DNA of 57,895 nucleotides from NCBI GenBank assembly GCA_040902335.1, contig JBBDXL010000183.1, forward strand, positions 8,507 to 66,401, given 5' to 3'. Each line of letters begins with the position of its first letter. The first letter of the stretch is position 1. The notes under the pieces are model-generated. The model saw only the letters and a list, made by a program, of their open reading frames with translations. It ran no database searches and was not told where the DNA came from. Positions 34,332 through 46,712 of the stretch are shown here, piece after piece. A program made the translations under genes and the position numbers. This DNA comes from Burkholderiales bacterium. Lineage in GTDB: Bacteria > Pseudomonadota > Gammaproteobacteria > Burkholderiales > SG8-39.

Positions 34332-36062
34332 TCAGTGGTTGTCGCGGGGCACGAACGCGCCGCTCTTGCCGGCGAGGAAATCGAGGTCGGCGCCCTCGTG
34401 CGCCTGCAGCACGTGGTCGAAGTACAGCTTCCAGTAGCCGCGCGCGAGCGGCGCCTTGGGTTTCTTCCATTTGGCCCGCCGCTTTGCGAGTTCCTTCGGC
34501 GACACCAGGAGCTGCAGCCTGCGCCTGGCGACGTCGAGCTCGATCGTGTCGCCATTCTCCACCAGCGCGAGCGCCCCGCCCGCCGCGGCCTCGGGCGCCA
34601 CGTGCAGGATCACCGTGCCATAGGCGGTGCCGCTCATTCTCGCATCCGAGATGCGCACCATGTCGGTGATGCCCTTCTTCAGGAGCTTCGGCGGCAGCGG
34701 CATGTTGCCGACCTCGGCCATGCCCGGGTAGCCCTTGGGTCCGCAGTTCTTCAGCACCATGATGCACTTGGCGTCGATGTCGAGGTTGGGATCGTCGATG
34801 CGCGTGTGGAAGTCCTCGATGTTCTCGAACACCACGGCGCGGCCGCGGTGCTTGAGCAGCTTCGGCGTCGCCGCCGAAGGCTTGACGATGGCGCCGTCGG
34901 GGCAGAGGTTGCCGCGCAGCACGGCGATCCCGGTGTCCTTCTTGAAAGGCTTCTTGAACGTATGAATCACGTCGCGGTTCCAGCACGGCGCGTCCTTGTT
35001 GTTCTCCCAGAGCGAGCGGCCGTTGACGGTGAGCGCGTTTCTGTGCAGCTTGCCGTTCTCGCCGAGCTCCCGGATCACCGCCGGCAGGCCGCCCGCGTAA
35101 TAGAAATCCTCCATCAGGTACTTGCCCGAGGGCATGAGGTTGACGAGCGTATGCACGCCGCGCCCGAGCCGGTCCCAGTCGGCGAGCTCGAGATCGACGC
35201 CGATGCGCCGCGCGATGGCGATGAGGTGGATCACGGCGTTGGTCGAGCCGCCGATCGCGGCGTTGACGCGGATCGCGTTCTCGAACGCCTGCTTGGTGAG
35301 GATCTTCGAGAGCTGCAACTTCTCCTTCACCATCTCTACGGCGCGCCGGCCCGCCATGCGTGCGAGGACGTTGCGCCGCGCGTCCACCGCCGGAATCGCC
35401 GCATTGCCCGGCATGCCGACGCCGAGCGCCTCCACCATCGAGGCCATGGTGGAAGCGGTGCCCATCGTCATGCAGTGCCCGTGCGAGCGGTGCATGCAGG
35501 ACTCGGCTTCGTGGAATTCCTCGAGCGTGATCCTGCCGGCGCGCAGCTGTTCCGACATCGACCAGGTATTGGTGCCCGAGCCGATGTCGGTGCCGCGGTA
35601 CTTGCCCGAGAGCATCGGCCCGCCCGAGACGAGCAGCGTCGGCAGGTCGACGCTCGCCGCGCCCATCAGCGTCGCCGGCGTGGTCTTGTCACAGCCGGCG
35701 AGCAGCACCACGCCGTCGAGCGGGTTGGCGCGGATCGACTCCTCGACGTCCATGCTGGCAAGGTTGCGGTAGAGCATCGCGGTGGGCCGCAGCAGCGTCT
35801 CGCCCAGCGACATCACCGGGAATTCGAGCGGGAAGCCGCCCGCCTCGAGCACGCCGTTGCGCACGTGCTCGGCGAGCACGCGGAAGTGCGTGTTGCAGGG
35901 GGTGAGCTCCGACCAGGTGTTGCAGATGCCGATCACGGGGCGGCCGTCGAACTGGTCCTGCGGAATGCCGCGGTTCTTCACCCAGCTGCGGTAGATGAAG
36001 CCGTAGATGTCCTGGCGGCCGAACCACTGCACGCTGCGCAGCGCAATCGTCTTCCTGGCCAT
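34332..36062 (-). CDS. IlvD/Edd-family sugar-acid dehydratase (L-arabinonate dehydratase-like)
   Basis: NTWSELTPCN, GCDKTTP, GHCMTMGTASTM, SDARMSGT, GADLDFL. Confidence 0.93.
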   Translation of the reverse strand: MARKTIALRSVQWFGRQDIYGFIYRSWVKNRGIPQDQFDGRPVIGICNTWSELTPCNTHFRVLAEHVRNGVLEAGGFPLEFPVMSLGETLLRPTAMLYRNLASMDVEESIRANPLDGVVLLAGCDKTTPATLMGAASVDLPTLLVSGGPMLSGKYRGTDIGSGTNTWSMSEQLRAGRITLEEFHEAESCMHRSHGHCMTMGTASTMASMVEALGVGMPGNAAIPAVDARRNVLARMAGRRAVEMVKEKLQLSKILTKQAFENAIRVNAAIGGSTNAVIHLIAIARRIGVDLELADWDRLGRGVHTLVNLMPSGKYLMEDFYYAGGLPAVIRELGENGKLHRNALTVNGRSLWENNKDAPCWNRDVIHTFKKPFKKDTGIAVLRGNLCPDGAIVKPSAATPKLLKHRGRAVVFENIEDFHTRIDDPNLDIDAKCIMVLKNCGPKGYPGMAEVGNMPLPPKLLKKGITDMVRISDARMSGTAYGTVILHVAPEAAAGGALALVENGDTIELDVARRRLQLLVSPKELAKRRAKWKKPKAPLARGYWKLYFDHVLQAHEGADLDFLAGKSGAFVPRDNH

Positions 36063-36063
36063 G

Positions 36064-38410
<2,347 letters not shown>

Positions 38411-38463
38411 GGCCGCCTGGATCATCGCGCTATGGGGTAAGCTAGCCCACAGCAATCGCCGCC

Positions 38464-39714
38464 ATGGACAACTTGCGCATCAACGCGGACCGGCTCTGGC
38501 GCTCGCTCATGGAGCTGGCGAGAATCGGCGCCACGCCCAAGGGCGGCGTGAAGCGGCTCACGCTGACCGAGGAGGACCGGGGCGCGCGCGACCTGTTCGC
38601 GCGCTGGGCGCGCGAGGCCGGCCTCGCGGTGGAGGTCGATGCCATCGGCAACATCTTCGCGCGCCGCGCGGGCGCCGATCCGGCGCTGCCGCCGGTGGCC
38701 ATGGGCAGCCATCTCGACTCGCAGCCCTCGGGCGGCAAGTTCGACGGCGCCTATGGCGTCATGGCCGGGCTGGAAGTGCTGCGCACGCTGAACGACGCGG
38801 GCGTCGCCACGCGCGCGCCGCTCGAGGTCGTGTCCTGGACCAACGAGGAAGGCTCGCGGTACACGCCGGTGATGATGGGTTCGGGGGTGTTCGCGAACGT
38901 GTTCACCCTGGAGCACGCGCGCGTGCAAAAGGACATCGAGGGCATTGCGGTCGGCGACGCGCTGCAGGCAATCGGCTACGCCGGCGCCGCCCGGCCGCAC
39001 CGCCTCGGCGCCTATTTCGAGGCGCACATCGAGCAGGGCCCGGTCCTGGAGAACGAGCGCAAGACCATCGGCGTGGTGCAGGGCGCGCTCGGCCAGCGCT
39101 GGTACGACGTCGCCGTGCTCGGCCAGGACGCGCACGCCGGGCCGACGCCGATGGAGTTGCGGCGCGACGCCCTGATCGGCGCGAGCCGGCTCGTGCTCGA
39201 CGTCAATCGCATCGCCCGCACGTTCCCGGACTACGCGCGCGGCACCGTCGGCTTCGTGCAGGTGAAGCCGAACTCGCGCAACGTCATTCCCGGCGAAGTA
39301 CGCACGTCGGTGGATTTCCGGAACGCGAAGGCGGCGACGCTGGATGCGATGTGCGAGGAGCTGAAGCGCGCCGCGAAGCAGATCGAGGCCGAGTGCCGGG
39401 TGCAGATCGAGCTGCGCGAGAACGTGTATTTCAAGCCCTGCGAGTTCGACGCCGCGCTGGTGGCGAGCGTGCGCGAGGCGGCCGCTGCGCTCGGCTGCAG
39501 CCATCTCGATATCGTCAGCGGCGCCGGGCACGACGCCGTGTACATTGCGCGGGTTGCCCCCACCGCGATGATCTTCATTCCCTGCGAGGGCGGCATCAGC
39601 CACAATGAGATCGAAAGCGCCACGCCGGCGGATTTGGCCGCCGGCTGCAACGTGCTGCTGCGCGCCGCGCTGCGCAAGGCGGAAATCGCGGGCGCGGCCC
39701 GCGCGGCAGCCTAG
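38464..39714 (+). CDS. M20 Zn-dependent N-carbamoyl amidohydrolase (beta-ureidopropionase-like)
   Basis: GSHLDSQP.GG.FDG, NEEG, HIEQGP, HAGPTPM, SGAGHDA, SHNE. Confidence 0.9.
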   Translation: MDNLRINADRLWRSLMELARIGATPKGGVKRLTLTEEDRGARDLFARWAREAGLAVEVDAIGNIFARRAGADPALPPVAMGSHLDSQPSGGKFDGAYGVMAGLEVLRTLNDAGVATRAPLEVVSWTNEEGSRYTPVMMGSGVFANVFTLEHARVQKDIEGIAVGDALQAIGYAGAARPHRLGAYFEAHIEQGPVLENERKTIGVVQGALGQRWYDVAVLGQDAHAGPTPMELRRDALIGASRLVLDVNRIARTFPDYARGTVGFVQVKPNSRNVIPGEVRTSVDFRNAKAATLDAMCEELKRAAKQIEAECRVQIELRENVYFKPCEFDAALVASVREAAAALGCSHLDIVSGAGHDAVYIARVAPTAMIFIPCEGGISHNEIESATPADLAAGCNVLLRAALRKAEIAGAARAAA

Positions 39715-39724
39715 GAGAACCGAC

Positions 39725-41053
39725 ATGAACGATCGCGCCACGCTCCCCAACCTCGAGAACTCGGCCTTCTTCATGCCGTTCAGCATGAACCGGCACTTCA
39801 AGAAGGCGCCGCGCCTGCTGGCGCGCGCGGAAGGGATCCACTACTACACGCCCGAGGGCAGGAAGCTCATCGACGGCATCTCGGGCCTGTGGTGCGTGAA
39901 CGCCGGGCACTGCCGCGAGAAGATCGTCAAGGCGGTGCAAAAGCAGGTGGCCGAGCTCGATTTCGCGCCGCCGTTCAACATGGGCCACCCGCTCGCCTTC
40001 GAGTTCGCCGACAAGGTGGCGAGCCTCGCGCCCGGGGACCTGAAGCGCGTGTTCTTCACCAATTCGGGCTCCGAGTCGGTGGACACGGCGCTCAAGCTCG
40101 CACTCGCCTACCACCGCGCGCGCGGCGAGGGCCACCGCGTGCGCCTCATCGGCCGCGAGCGCGGCTACCACGGCGCGAACTTCGGCGGCACCGCGGTCGG
40201 CGGCGTGGTCGGCAACCGCAAGATCTTCGGCGCACTGGTGGCCGGGGTCGACCATATCCGCCACACCCACGATGCCGAGAGGAACGCCTTCTCGCGCGGG
40301 CAGCCCAGGCACGGGGCGGAGCTGGCGGATGACCTCGAGCGCCTGTGCGCGCTGCACGACCCCTCGACCATCGCCGCGGTGATCGTCGAGCCCGTCGCCT
40401 GTTCCGGCGGCGTGCTGGTGCCGCCGGTGGGCTACCTGGAGCGCCTGCGCGCGATCTGCGACCGGCACGGCATCCTGCTCATCTTCGACGAGGTGATCAC
40501 GGGCTGGGGGCGGCTCGGCAAGACCTTCGGCACCCAGCATTTCAGCGTCATTCCGGACCTGATCACGACCGCCAAGGGCATCACCAACGGCACGGTGCCG
40601 ATGGGCGCCGTGTTGATGCGCGAGCAGCTGTACCAGGCGTTCATGACGGGACCGGAGAAGTCGATCGAGATGCCGCACGGCTACACCTACTCCTCGCACC
40701 CGCTTGCCTGCGCCGCGGGGCTCGCGACCATGCAGGTGTACGAGGAGGAGGGGCTCTTCACGCGCGCGGCCGAGCTCTCGTCCTACTGGGAGGAGCAGGC
40801 GCACGCGCTGAAGGGCCTGCCCAACGTCATCGACATCCGCAACATCGGCCTGATCGCCGCCATCGAGCTCGCGCCGCGCGCCGGGGCGCCGGGCGCACGC
40901 GCCCTCGACGCCCACATCAAGGCGTTCGAACGGGGTGCCTACATCCGCGTCGCGGCCGACATCATCGCGCTCGCCCCGCCGCTCATCATCGCGAAGAGCG
41001 ACATCGACCGGCTGTTCGAAATCGTGCGCGACGTTCTCAAGACGACCGACTGA
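39725..41053 (+). CDS. Class III aminotransferase (beta-alanine:pyruvate / omega-amino acid type)
   Basis: GLWCVNAGH, TNSGSESVDTALK, FDEVITG, AKGITNG, HGYTYS.HP; RBS AGGAG. Confidence 0.92.
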   Translation: MNDRATLPNLENSAFFMPFSMNRHFKKAPRLLARAEGIHYYTPEGRKLIDGISGLWCVNAGHCREKIVKAVQKQVAELDFAPPFNMGHPLAFEFADKVASLAPGDLKRVFFTNSGSESVDTALKLALAYHRARGEGHRVRLIGRERGYHGANFGGTAVGGVVGNRKIFGALVAGVDHIRHTHDAERNAFSRGQPRHGAELADDLERLCALHDPSTIAAVIVEPVACSGGVLVPPVGYLERLRAICDRHGILLIFDEVITGWGRLGKTFGTQHFSVIPDLITTAKGITNGTVPMGAVLMREQLYQAFMTGPEKSIEMPHGYTYSSHPLACAAGLATMQVYEEEGLFTRAAELSSYWEEQAHALKGLPNVIDIRNIGLIAAIELAPRAGAPGARALDAHIKAFERGAYIRVAADIIALAPPLIIAKSDIDRLFEIVRDVLKTTD

Positions 41054-41072
41054 GCATCGCCAAGGAGGCACC

Positions 41073-41891
41073 ATGTTCGGCTTTGGCAGGAAGAAGGACG
41101 CGGGCGAGGCCTCCGAGAAGGGCGGCGGGCTCGCGTCCGATCGCGCGCGCGTGGGGCTGCTCGCGCTGGTGCTGGTCGCGGGCTTGGGCTACCTCGCCTA
41201 CGAGTACCTGCCGGTATTGCTGGACGAAACGCCCCCGCCCATGCCGGTCCAGGCCAAGCCGAAGCCAGCTCCGCTCGCTGTCGCCAAGGCGCCGGCGGCG
41301 CCAGTGCCGGTTGCCGACGCCGCGATGAAGCCCGAGCCGGTCGCGGCGCCTGCCCCCAAGCCCGCACCCGCGGCCAAGGCCGAGCCGAAACCCGAGCCGG
41401 CGGCGAAGCCGGCCCCGAAGCCCGAGCCGGTGGCGAAGCCCGCGCCCGAGCCCAAGCCGGCACCCGTCGTGATGGCGGCGGCACCCGCGCCTGCCGCAAG
41501 CGCATCGCCGCCCGCTGCCGAGACCAAGCCCGCGCCGCCCCTGGCGGCGCTCCCAGCTGTCGCGCCGCCCGCCGTAGAGGCCCTGCGCGGTCCGCCGGCC
41601 ATCACGCCCAAGTACAACGACGTCATGACCGCGGTGCTGTACAGCGATCGCGAGGCGGTGTCGGAACTGCTCGACCTTGGCCGCTGGGTGGACAAGCCGG
41701 ACTCGAACGGCCTCACGCCGCTGATGGCGGCCGTGCTCTTGCGCGACGCGGGCATGGTGCAGCTCCTGCTCGAGCGCGGCGCCGATCCGAACCTGCAGGC
41801 GCCGGGCGGCGAGGTCGCCCTCGAGATGGCGCGCGACAACGGCGACGGCGCGAGCGAATCGCTGCTGCTGAAGGCTGGGGCCCGCTACTAG
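41073..41891 (+). CDS. Membrane-anchored protein with Pro/Ala/Lys-rich linker and C-terminal ankyrin repeats
   Basis: RBS AAGGAGG; TM 'VGLLALVLVAGLGYLAY'; KPEP repeats; GLTPLMAA...LLLERGADPN. Confidence 0.85.
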   Translation: MFGFGRKKDAGEASEKGGGLASDRARVGLLALVLVAGLGYLAYEYLPVLLDETPPPMPVQAKPKPAPLAVAKAPAAPVPVADAAMKPEPVAAPAPKPAPAAKAEPKPEPAAKPAPKPEPVAKPAPEPKPAPVVMAAAPAPAASASPPAAETKPAPPLAALPAVAPPAVEALRGPPAITPKYNDVMTAVLYSDREAVSELLDLGRWVDKPDSNGLTPLMAAVLLRDAGMVQLLLERGADPNLQAPGGEVALEMARDNGDGASESLLLKAGARY

Positions 41892-41895
41892 CTGC

Positions 41896-43155
41896 TTACT
41901 TCGCAGCCGCCCGCACGACGCCCAGCCGCCGGCTGCGCGTCTGCTGCTTGAGCCGCGGCGGCGTCACCAGGTCGCGCACGAAGTTGGGCAGCGCGAACAC
42001 GCCCTCGTGCGTCTCGCCGTTGTAGTACCGGAGCTCGGTCACCTTGCGTTGCTCGATGCGCCGGTCGATCTCGTCGGCCGTGTAGGCCTTTGGGTCGAGC
42101 TTGTCCGAGCACACCGCCATCGCCCACAGCGACCCGTAGAGCGGGATGTACAGGGTGTAGGGCCGCACGATGCGGAAGATGCCGTTCAGGCGCTGGGCGA
42201 GCTCGCCGACGCGCTCGGGCTGCGCGACCGGCGAGCCGATATGCAGCACGAGCGCCCCGCCCGGGGCGAGCGCGTGCCGGCACTGCTGGAAGAACTCGGC
42301 CGAATAGAGCGCCTCGGCCGGCCCCATGGGGTCGTTCAGGTCGAGCGCGATGAGATCGAACCGTTCCTGGGTCTCGCGCACGAACTTCATGCCGTCGCCG
42401 ATCAGCACGCGCAGCTTCGGGTTGTCGAACACGCCGTTGTGCACCGCCTGGAAGTGCTCCTTGGCCACCTGGATCACGTCCGGATCGATCTCGCACAGGG
42501 TCACCTGCTCGACCGAGGGGTGCTTGAGCGCCTCTTCCGACGATCCGCCGTCGCCGCCGCCGATGATCAGCACCTTCTTCGGCGCCGGGTGCGCGGTGAG
42601 CGCCGGGTGGATCAGGTTCTCGTGGTAGACGAACTCCTCCTTCTCGGAGGTCATGTTGTACCCGTCGAGGCGGAAGATCTTGCCGTAGTGCGGCGTGTCG
42701 TAGATCTGCAAGCGCTGGAAGCGCGTCTGCCAGTCGCCGACCTGGCGCGCGGCCTTGATGTAGAAGCCGGTCGAGTCGTTGAGCGGCTCCATCAGCAGGT
42801 GGCCGCCGCGCTCCACCTCATGGCGCGCGCACTCGGTGGGCTGGAAGTAGGCGACGATGGCCTCGAACAGCTTCCGCGCCTTGTGGCTGTTGTCGTCGCT
42901 GTAGTTGCAGACGTAGACGTCGAGCGTCAGACCCTGCTTCTCGGGCCAGGTATGGATGGCGAGGTGCGACTCGGCGAGCACCACGGTGCCGGTGAAGCCG
43001 GAGCCGTCGAACTGGTGGAAGCTCGCGTCCATCGTCGTCAGGCCGGCGTCGCGCACGAATTCCAGGCACTTGTCCTTGAACTCCGCGCCGTCGAGCAGCA
43101 GCCGCGGGTCGCAGCGGCAGCCGCCCAGGTCACCGATGAGATGCAGACCGTTCAT
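41896..43155 (-). CDS. Fused S-adenosylmethionine decarboxylase / aminopropyltransferase (SpeD-SpeE)
   Basis: N-terminal GLHL, LAESHLAIHTWPE (pyruvoyl E-S site), LDVYVC; C-terminal YHENLIHP, IGGGDGG, DLNDP. Confidence 0.93.
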   Translation of the reverse strand: MNGLHLIGDLGGCRCDPRLLLDGAEFKDKCLEFVRDAGLTTMDASFHQFDGSGFTGTVVLAESHLAIHTWPEKQGLTLDVYVCNYSDDNSHKARKLFEAIVAYFQPTECARHEVERGGHLLMEPLNDSTGFYIKAARQVGDWQTRFQRLQIYDTPHYGKIFRLDGYNMTSEKEEFVYHENLIHPALTAHPAPKKVLIIGGGDGGSSEEALKHPSVEQVTLCEIDPDVIQVAKEHFQAVHNGVFDNPKLRVLIGDGMKFVRETQERFDLIALDLNDPMGPAEALYSAEFFQQCRHALAPGGALVLHIGSPVAQPERVGELAQRLNGIFRIVRPYTLYIPLYGSLWAMAVCSDKLDPKAYTADEIDRRIEQRKVTELRYYNGETHEGVFALPNFVRDLVTPPRLKQQTRSRRLGVVRAAAK

Positions 43156-43324
43156 GTCCGTTCCCCCCGAAAAACGAGAAGGCGCAACCCTGCACGATCT
43201 GCTCCAGGCTGCGCCCCCGCGTGTCCGCCTTGCGGCGAAAAACCGAGTCGTTCGATATCGTTCAATTCGTGCAATACCCCGCTTGGGCCGCCCCGCACTT
43301 ACGCATGCGAAGCTAAGCGCCGAT

Positions 43325-44212
43325 TTAAATTTGGCGCCGGATCTCCGCAGAAACCGCGTCGATCAGGCGCCGCGCGATCGAGATTTTGCTTGGAAGTTTA
43401 GGCAATTGCAATACGTCGAACCAATCCGCGGCCTCGATTTCTCCGTCCTGCGCCCGGATCTCGCCGTCGACCCAATCGCAGACGAAGGCGATCATCAGGC
43501 TGTGGGGAAATGGCCACGGCTGGCTGGCGAAGTAGGCGAGGTTCGTCACCGTTACGCCGACCTCCTCGGCGACTTCGCGCGCCACGCACTGCTCGAGCGT
43601 CTCGCCGGGCTCGACGAAGCCGGCGAGCGCGCTGTACATGCCGCTCGGGAAATGCGGGCTGCGCCCGAGGAGCAGCTCGCGCTTGCGGCGCACGAGGGCC
43701 ATCACCGCGGGGGCCACGCGCGGGTAGGCGGCGAGCTTGCACGCCGGGCAGACGCGTACCCGCTCCTCGGCACGCGGCTGCGTCGGCGTGCCGCAGCGCC
43801 CGCAGAACTGGTGGTCGCGGTCCCACTGCAGCAGCTGCAGCGCCCGGCCCGCGAGCGCGAAGTGCGCGTCCTCCAGCACCGAGAACAGGGCCCGCAGGCC
43901 GACCCAGTCGTGGCCCGGCGGTGGCCCCGCCTCGGCGAGCTCCGCGGCCCAGCAATCGAGGCCGCGTAGCCCCCCTAGATATAGCGCACGGACCGGCGTA
44001 GACCACAAGGGATTGTTGTTTTTCTGCAACGGCACTCGCGCCCAGCTCGGCCGTTCCCGCACGCGCGGGTCGTCGCCGGGCCGCGGGTCGGGCGGTCCCA
44101 CCTCGACCAGCAGCCGGTCGCCGCGGAACACGAACCACAGGCCTTCGGCGCTTCCCGCGCCGTGCACGCGGTGCTCGAAGTCCTGGGGGCTGGAGAAGGG
44201 CAGCAGGGCCAT
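43325..44212 (-). CDS. nudC: NAD(H) diphosphatase
   Basis: FCGRCG/CPAC zinc finger, GFVEPGETLE..VAREV.EE Nudix box, SQPWPFPHS. Confidence 0.96.
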   Translation of the reverse strand: MALLPFSSPQDFEHRVHGAGSAEGLWFVFRGDRLLVEVGPPDPRPGDDPRVRERPSWARVPLQKNNNPLWSTPVRALYLGGLRGLDCWAAELAEAGPPPGHDWVGLRALFSVLEDAHFALAGRALQLLQWDRDHQFCGRCGTPTQPRAEERVRVCPACKLAAYPRVAPAVMALVRRKRELLLGRSPHFPSGMYSALAGFVEPGETLEQCVAREVAEEVGVTVTNLAYFASQPWPFPHSLMIAFVCDWVDGEIRAQDGEIEAADWFDVLQLPKLPSKISIARRLIDAVSAEIRRQI

Positions 44213-44238
44213 GGCGCCGATTGTAGCGAGCGGCGCGC

Positions 44239-45153
44239 TCAGCCCACGGCGCGCTCGATGAGCGCTGCGCCCTGCTCGAGCAGGAACGACTTGAACGCCT
44301 GCGCCGCCGGGGAGAGCCGCTTGCCGCGCCGGTGGATGACGTACCACTCGCGCATCACCGGCAAGCCGTTCACCGCGAGCAGTGCCAGCCGCCCGGCGCG
44401 CAGCTCCAGGCCGATGGTGTGCATCGACAGGAACGCGATGCCCATCCCGGCCATCACCGCCTGCTTGATGGTCTCGTTGCTGCTCATCTCGAGCGTCTCG
44501 CCTGCCTTGAAGCCGCGCTCGGCGAACACGTGCTCCATCGCGGCGCGGGTGCCCGAGCCGCGCTCGCGGATGATGAAGGTCTCGCCGGCGAGGCGCTCGA
44601 GCGGCAGCCGCTTGCGGCCCACCAGCGGGTGTTCGGGCGCGGCGATGATGCCGATCGGATGCTTGGCGAAAGGCGCGGCCTCGGTGTCCAGGCCGCGCGG
44701 CGGCCGCCCCATGACCGCGAGGTCCACGGTGTTTTCGGTCAGTTCGCGCACCACCGCCTCGCGGTTGCTCACCGCGAGCCGCAGGCGCGCCTCCGGGTGG
44801 CTGCGGCGGAATTCGGCCAGCAGGCGCGGCGCGAAGTACTTCGCCGTGGAGGTCACGGCGAGCGAGAGCTCCCCGCCGCCCACCCCCTGCAGCGCCTTCA
44901 TGGCGTCTTCCGCCTCGCGCAGGAGGTCGGAGATGCCGGCCGCGTAGCGCAGCAGCTCGCGGCCGGCGTCGGTGAGGTGCAACCGCCTGCCGACCTGCTC
45001 CAGCAGCGGCAAGCCGGCCGCCTGCTCGAGTTGGCGCACTTGCATCGAGACCGCGGGCTGCGTCAGGTGCAGCGACTTGGCAGCGGCCGTGAAGCTCAGG
45101 CGCCGCGCCACCTCGGTGAAGGTGCGCAGCTGTCGCAGTGTGGCGCTTCTCAT
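44239..45153 (-). CDS. cbbR: LysR-type regulator of the cbb operon
   Basis: TLRQLR.F, LHLTQPAVSMQ, RERGSGTR, SSNETIKQAVMAG; divergent from rbcL. Confidence 0.95.
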   Translation of the reverse strand: MRSATLRQLRTFTEVARRLSFTAAAKSLHLTQPAVSMQVRQLEQAAGLPLLEQVGRRLHLTDAGRELLRYAAGISDLLREAEDAMKALQGVGGGELSLAVTSTAKYFAPRLLAEFRRSHPEARLRLAVSNREAVVRELTENTVDLAVMGRPPRGLDTEAAPFAKHPIGIIAAPEHPLVGRKRLPLERLAGETFIIRERGSGTRAAMEHVFAERGFKAGETLEMSSNETIKQAVMAGMGIAFLSMHTIGLELRAGRLALLAVNGLPVMREWYVIHRRGKRLSPAAQAFKSFLLEQGAALIERAVG

Positions 45154-45172
45154 TTCGTTTCCCCGGAAAACC

Positions 45173-45217
45173 AAAATAAATCTTATGGCAGGGCCAACAA
45201 AATGTGAATAGCCCTTA
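45173..45217. promoter_or_regulatory. CbbR binding sites (three TNA-N7-TNA-like boxes)
   Basis: AAA-N7-TTA 45173-45185, CAA-N7-TGA 45195-45207, TGA-N7-TTA 45205-45217 (last two overlap). Confidence 0.65.
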
Positions 45218-45263
45218 TGCCCCGAGGGGGCTAGGCTGCGCTTGAGCCTTCCAGGAGGAACGC

Positions 45264-46712
45264 ATGGCACAGCCCGCAGCAGCCGGCAAATACAGCGCCG
45301 GGGTAAAGGACTACCGGCAGGCCTATTGGCAGCCGCATTACGTGGTCAAGGACACCGACCTGCTCGCGTGCTTCAAGATCACGCCGCAGCCCGGCGTACC
45401 GCGTGAGGAAGCCGCGGCCGCGGTGGCGGCCGAGTCCTCCACCGGCACCTGGACCACGGTGTGGACCGATCTCCTCACCGACCTGGAGTACTACAAGGGC
45501 CGCGCCTACAGGATCGAGGACGTGCCGGGCGACGACACCTGCTTCTACGCCTTCATCGCCTACCCGATCGATCTCTTTGAGGAAGGCTCGGTGGTGAACG
45601 TGTTCACCTCCCTGGTGGGCAACGTATTCGGCTTCAAGGCGATCCGCGCCCTGCGCCTGGAAGACGTGCGCTTCCCGATCGCCTACGTGATGACTTGCGG
45701 CGGGCCGCCACACGGCATCCAGGTCGAGCGCGACAAGATGGACAAGTACGGCCGGCCGCTGCTCGGCTGCACCATCAAGCCCAAGCTGGGCCTGTCCGCC
45801 AAGAACTACGGCCGCGCGGTGTACGAGGCGCTACGCGGGGGACTGGACTTCACCAAGGACGACGAGAACGTCAACTCGCAGCCCTTCATGCGCTGGCGCG
45901 ACCGCTTCAGCTTCGTCGCCGAGGCCATTCGCAAGGCCGAAGCCGAGACGGGCGAGCGCAAGGGCCACTATCTCAACGTCACTGCGCCCACGCCTGAGGA
46001 GATGTACAAGCGCGCCGCGTTCGCCAAGGAACTCGGCATGCCGATCATCATGCACGACTTCCTCACCGGCGGGTTCTGCGCGAACACCGGGCTCGCCAAT
46101 TGGTGCCGAGAGAACGGCGTGCTCCTGCACATCCACCGCGCCATGCATGCGGTGATCGACCGCGACCGGCACCACGGCATCCACTTCCGCGTGCTGGTCA
46201 AGGCGCTGCGCCTCTCGGGCGGCGACCATCTGCACACCGGCACCGTGGTGGGCAAGCTCGAGGGCGACCGCCAAGCGACGCTCGGCTGGATCGACCTGCT
46301 GCGCGAGCGTTTCGTGAAGGAAGATCGCTCGCGCGGCATCTTCTTCGACCAGGACTGGGGCTCGATGCCGGGCGCCTTCGCGGTGGCCTCGGGCGGCATC
46401 CACGTCTGGCACATGCCGGCGCTGCTCGCGATCTTCGGCGACGACGCCGTGTTCCAGTTCGGCGGCGGCACGCTGGGCCATCCCTGGGGCAACGCCGCGG
46501 GCGCCGCGGCGAACCGGTTCGCGCTCGAGGCCTGCGTCGAGGCGCGCAACCGGGGCCAGGATCTCGAGAAGGAAGGCAAGGACATTCTCGTCGCCGCGGC
46601 CAGGTCGAGCCCGGAGCTCAAGGCCGCGATGGAAACCTGGAAAGAAATTAAATTCGAGTTCGACACGGTCGACACGCTCGACGTGGCGCGGGCGGCACAG
46701 GAGGCAGCATGA
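45264..46712 (+). CDS. cbbL: RubisCO large subunit, form IA (green-like)
   Basis: [18 protein letters not shown] catalytic motif, [26 protein letters not shown]. Confidence 0.98.
   Translation: MAQPAAAGKYSAGVKDYRQAYWQPHYVVKDTDLLACFKITPQPGVPREEAAAAVAAESSTGTWTTVWTDLLTDLEYYKGRAYRIEDVPGDDTCFYAFIAYPIDLFEEGSVVNVFTSLVGNVFGFKAIRALRLEDVRFPIAYVMTCGGPPHGIQVERDKMDKYGRPLLGCTIKPKLGLSAKNYGRAVYEALRGGLDFTKDDENVNSQPFMRWRDRFSFVAEAIRKAEAETGERKGHYLNVTAPTPEEMYKRAAFAKELGMPIIMHDFLTGGFCANTGLANWCRENGVLLHIHRAMHAVIDRDRHHGIHFRVLVKALRLSGGDHLHTGTVVGKLEGDRQATLGWIDLLRERFVKEDRSRGIFFDQDWGSMPGAFAVASGGIHVWHMPALLAIFGDDAVFQFGGGTLGHPWGNAAGAAANRFALEACVEARNRGQDLEKEGKDILVAAARSSPELKAAMETWKEIKFEFDTVDTLDVARAAQEAA

Noticed and set aside
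45264-46712. RubisCO-like protein (form IV) or pseudogene
   Set aside because: Intact KDDE and loop-6 motifs, with cbbS, prk and cbbR alongside, indicate a true form I enzyme
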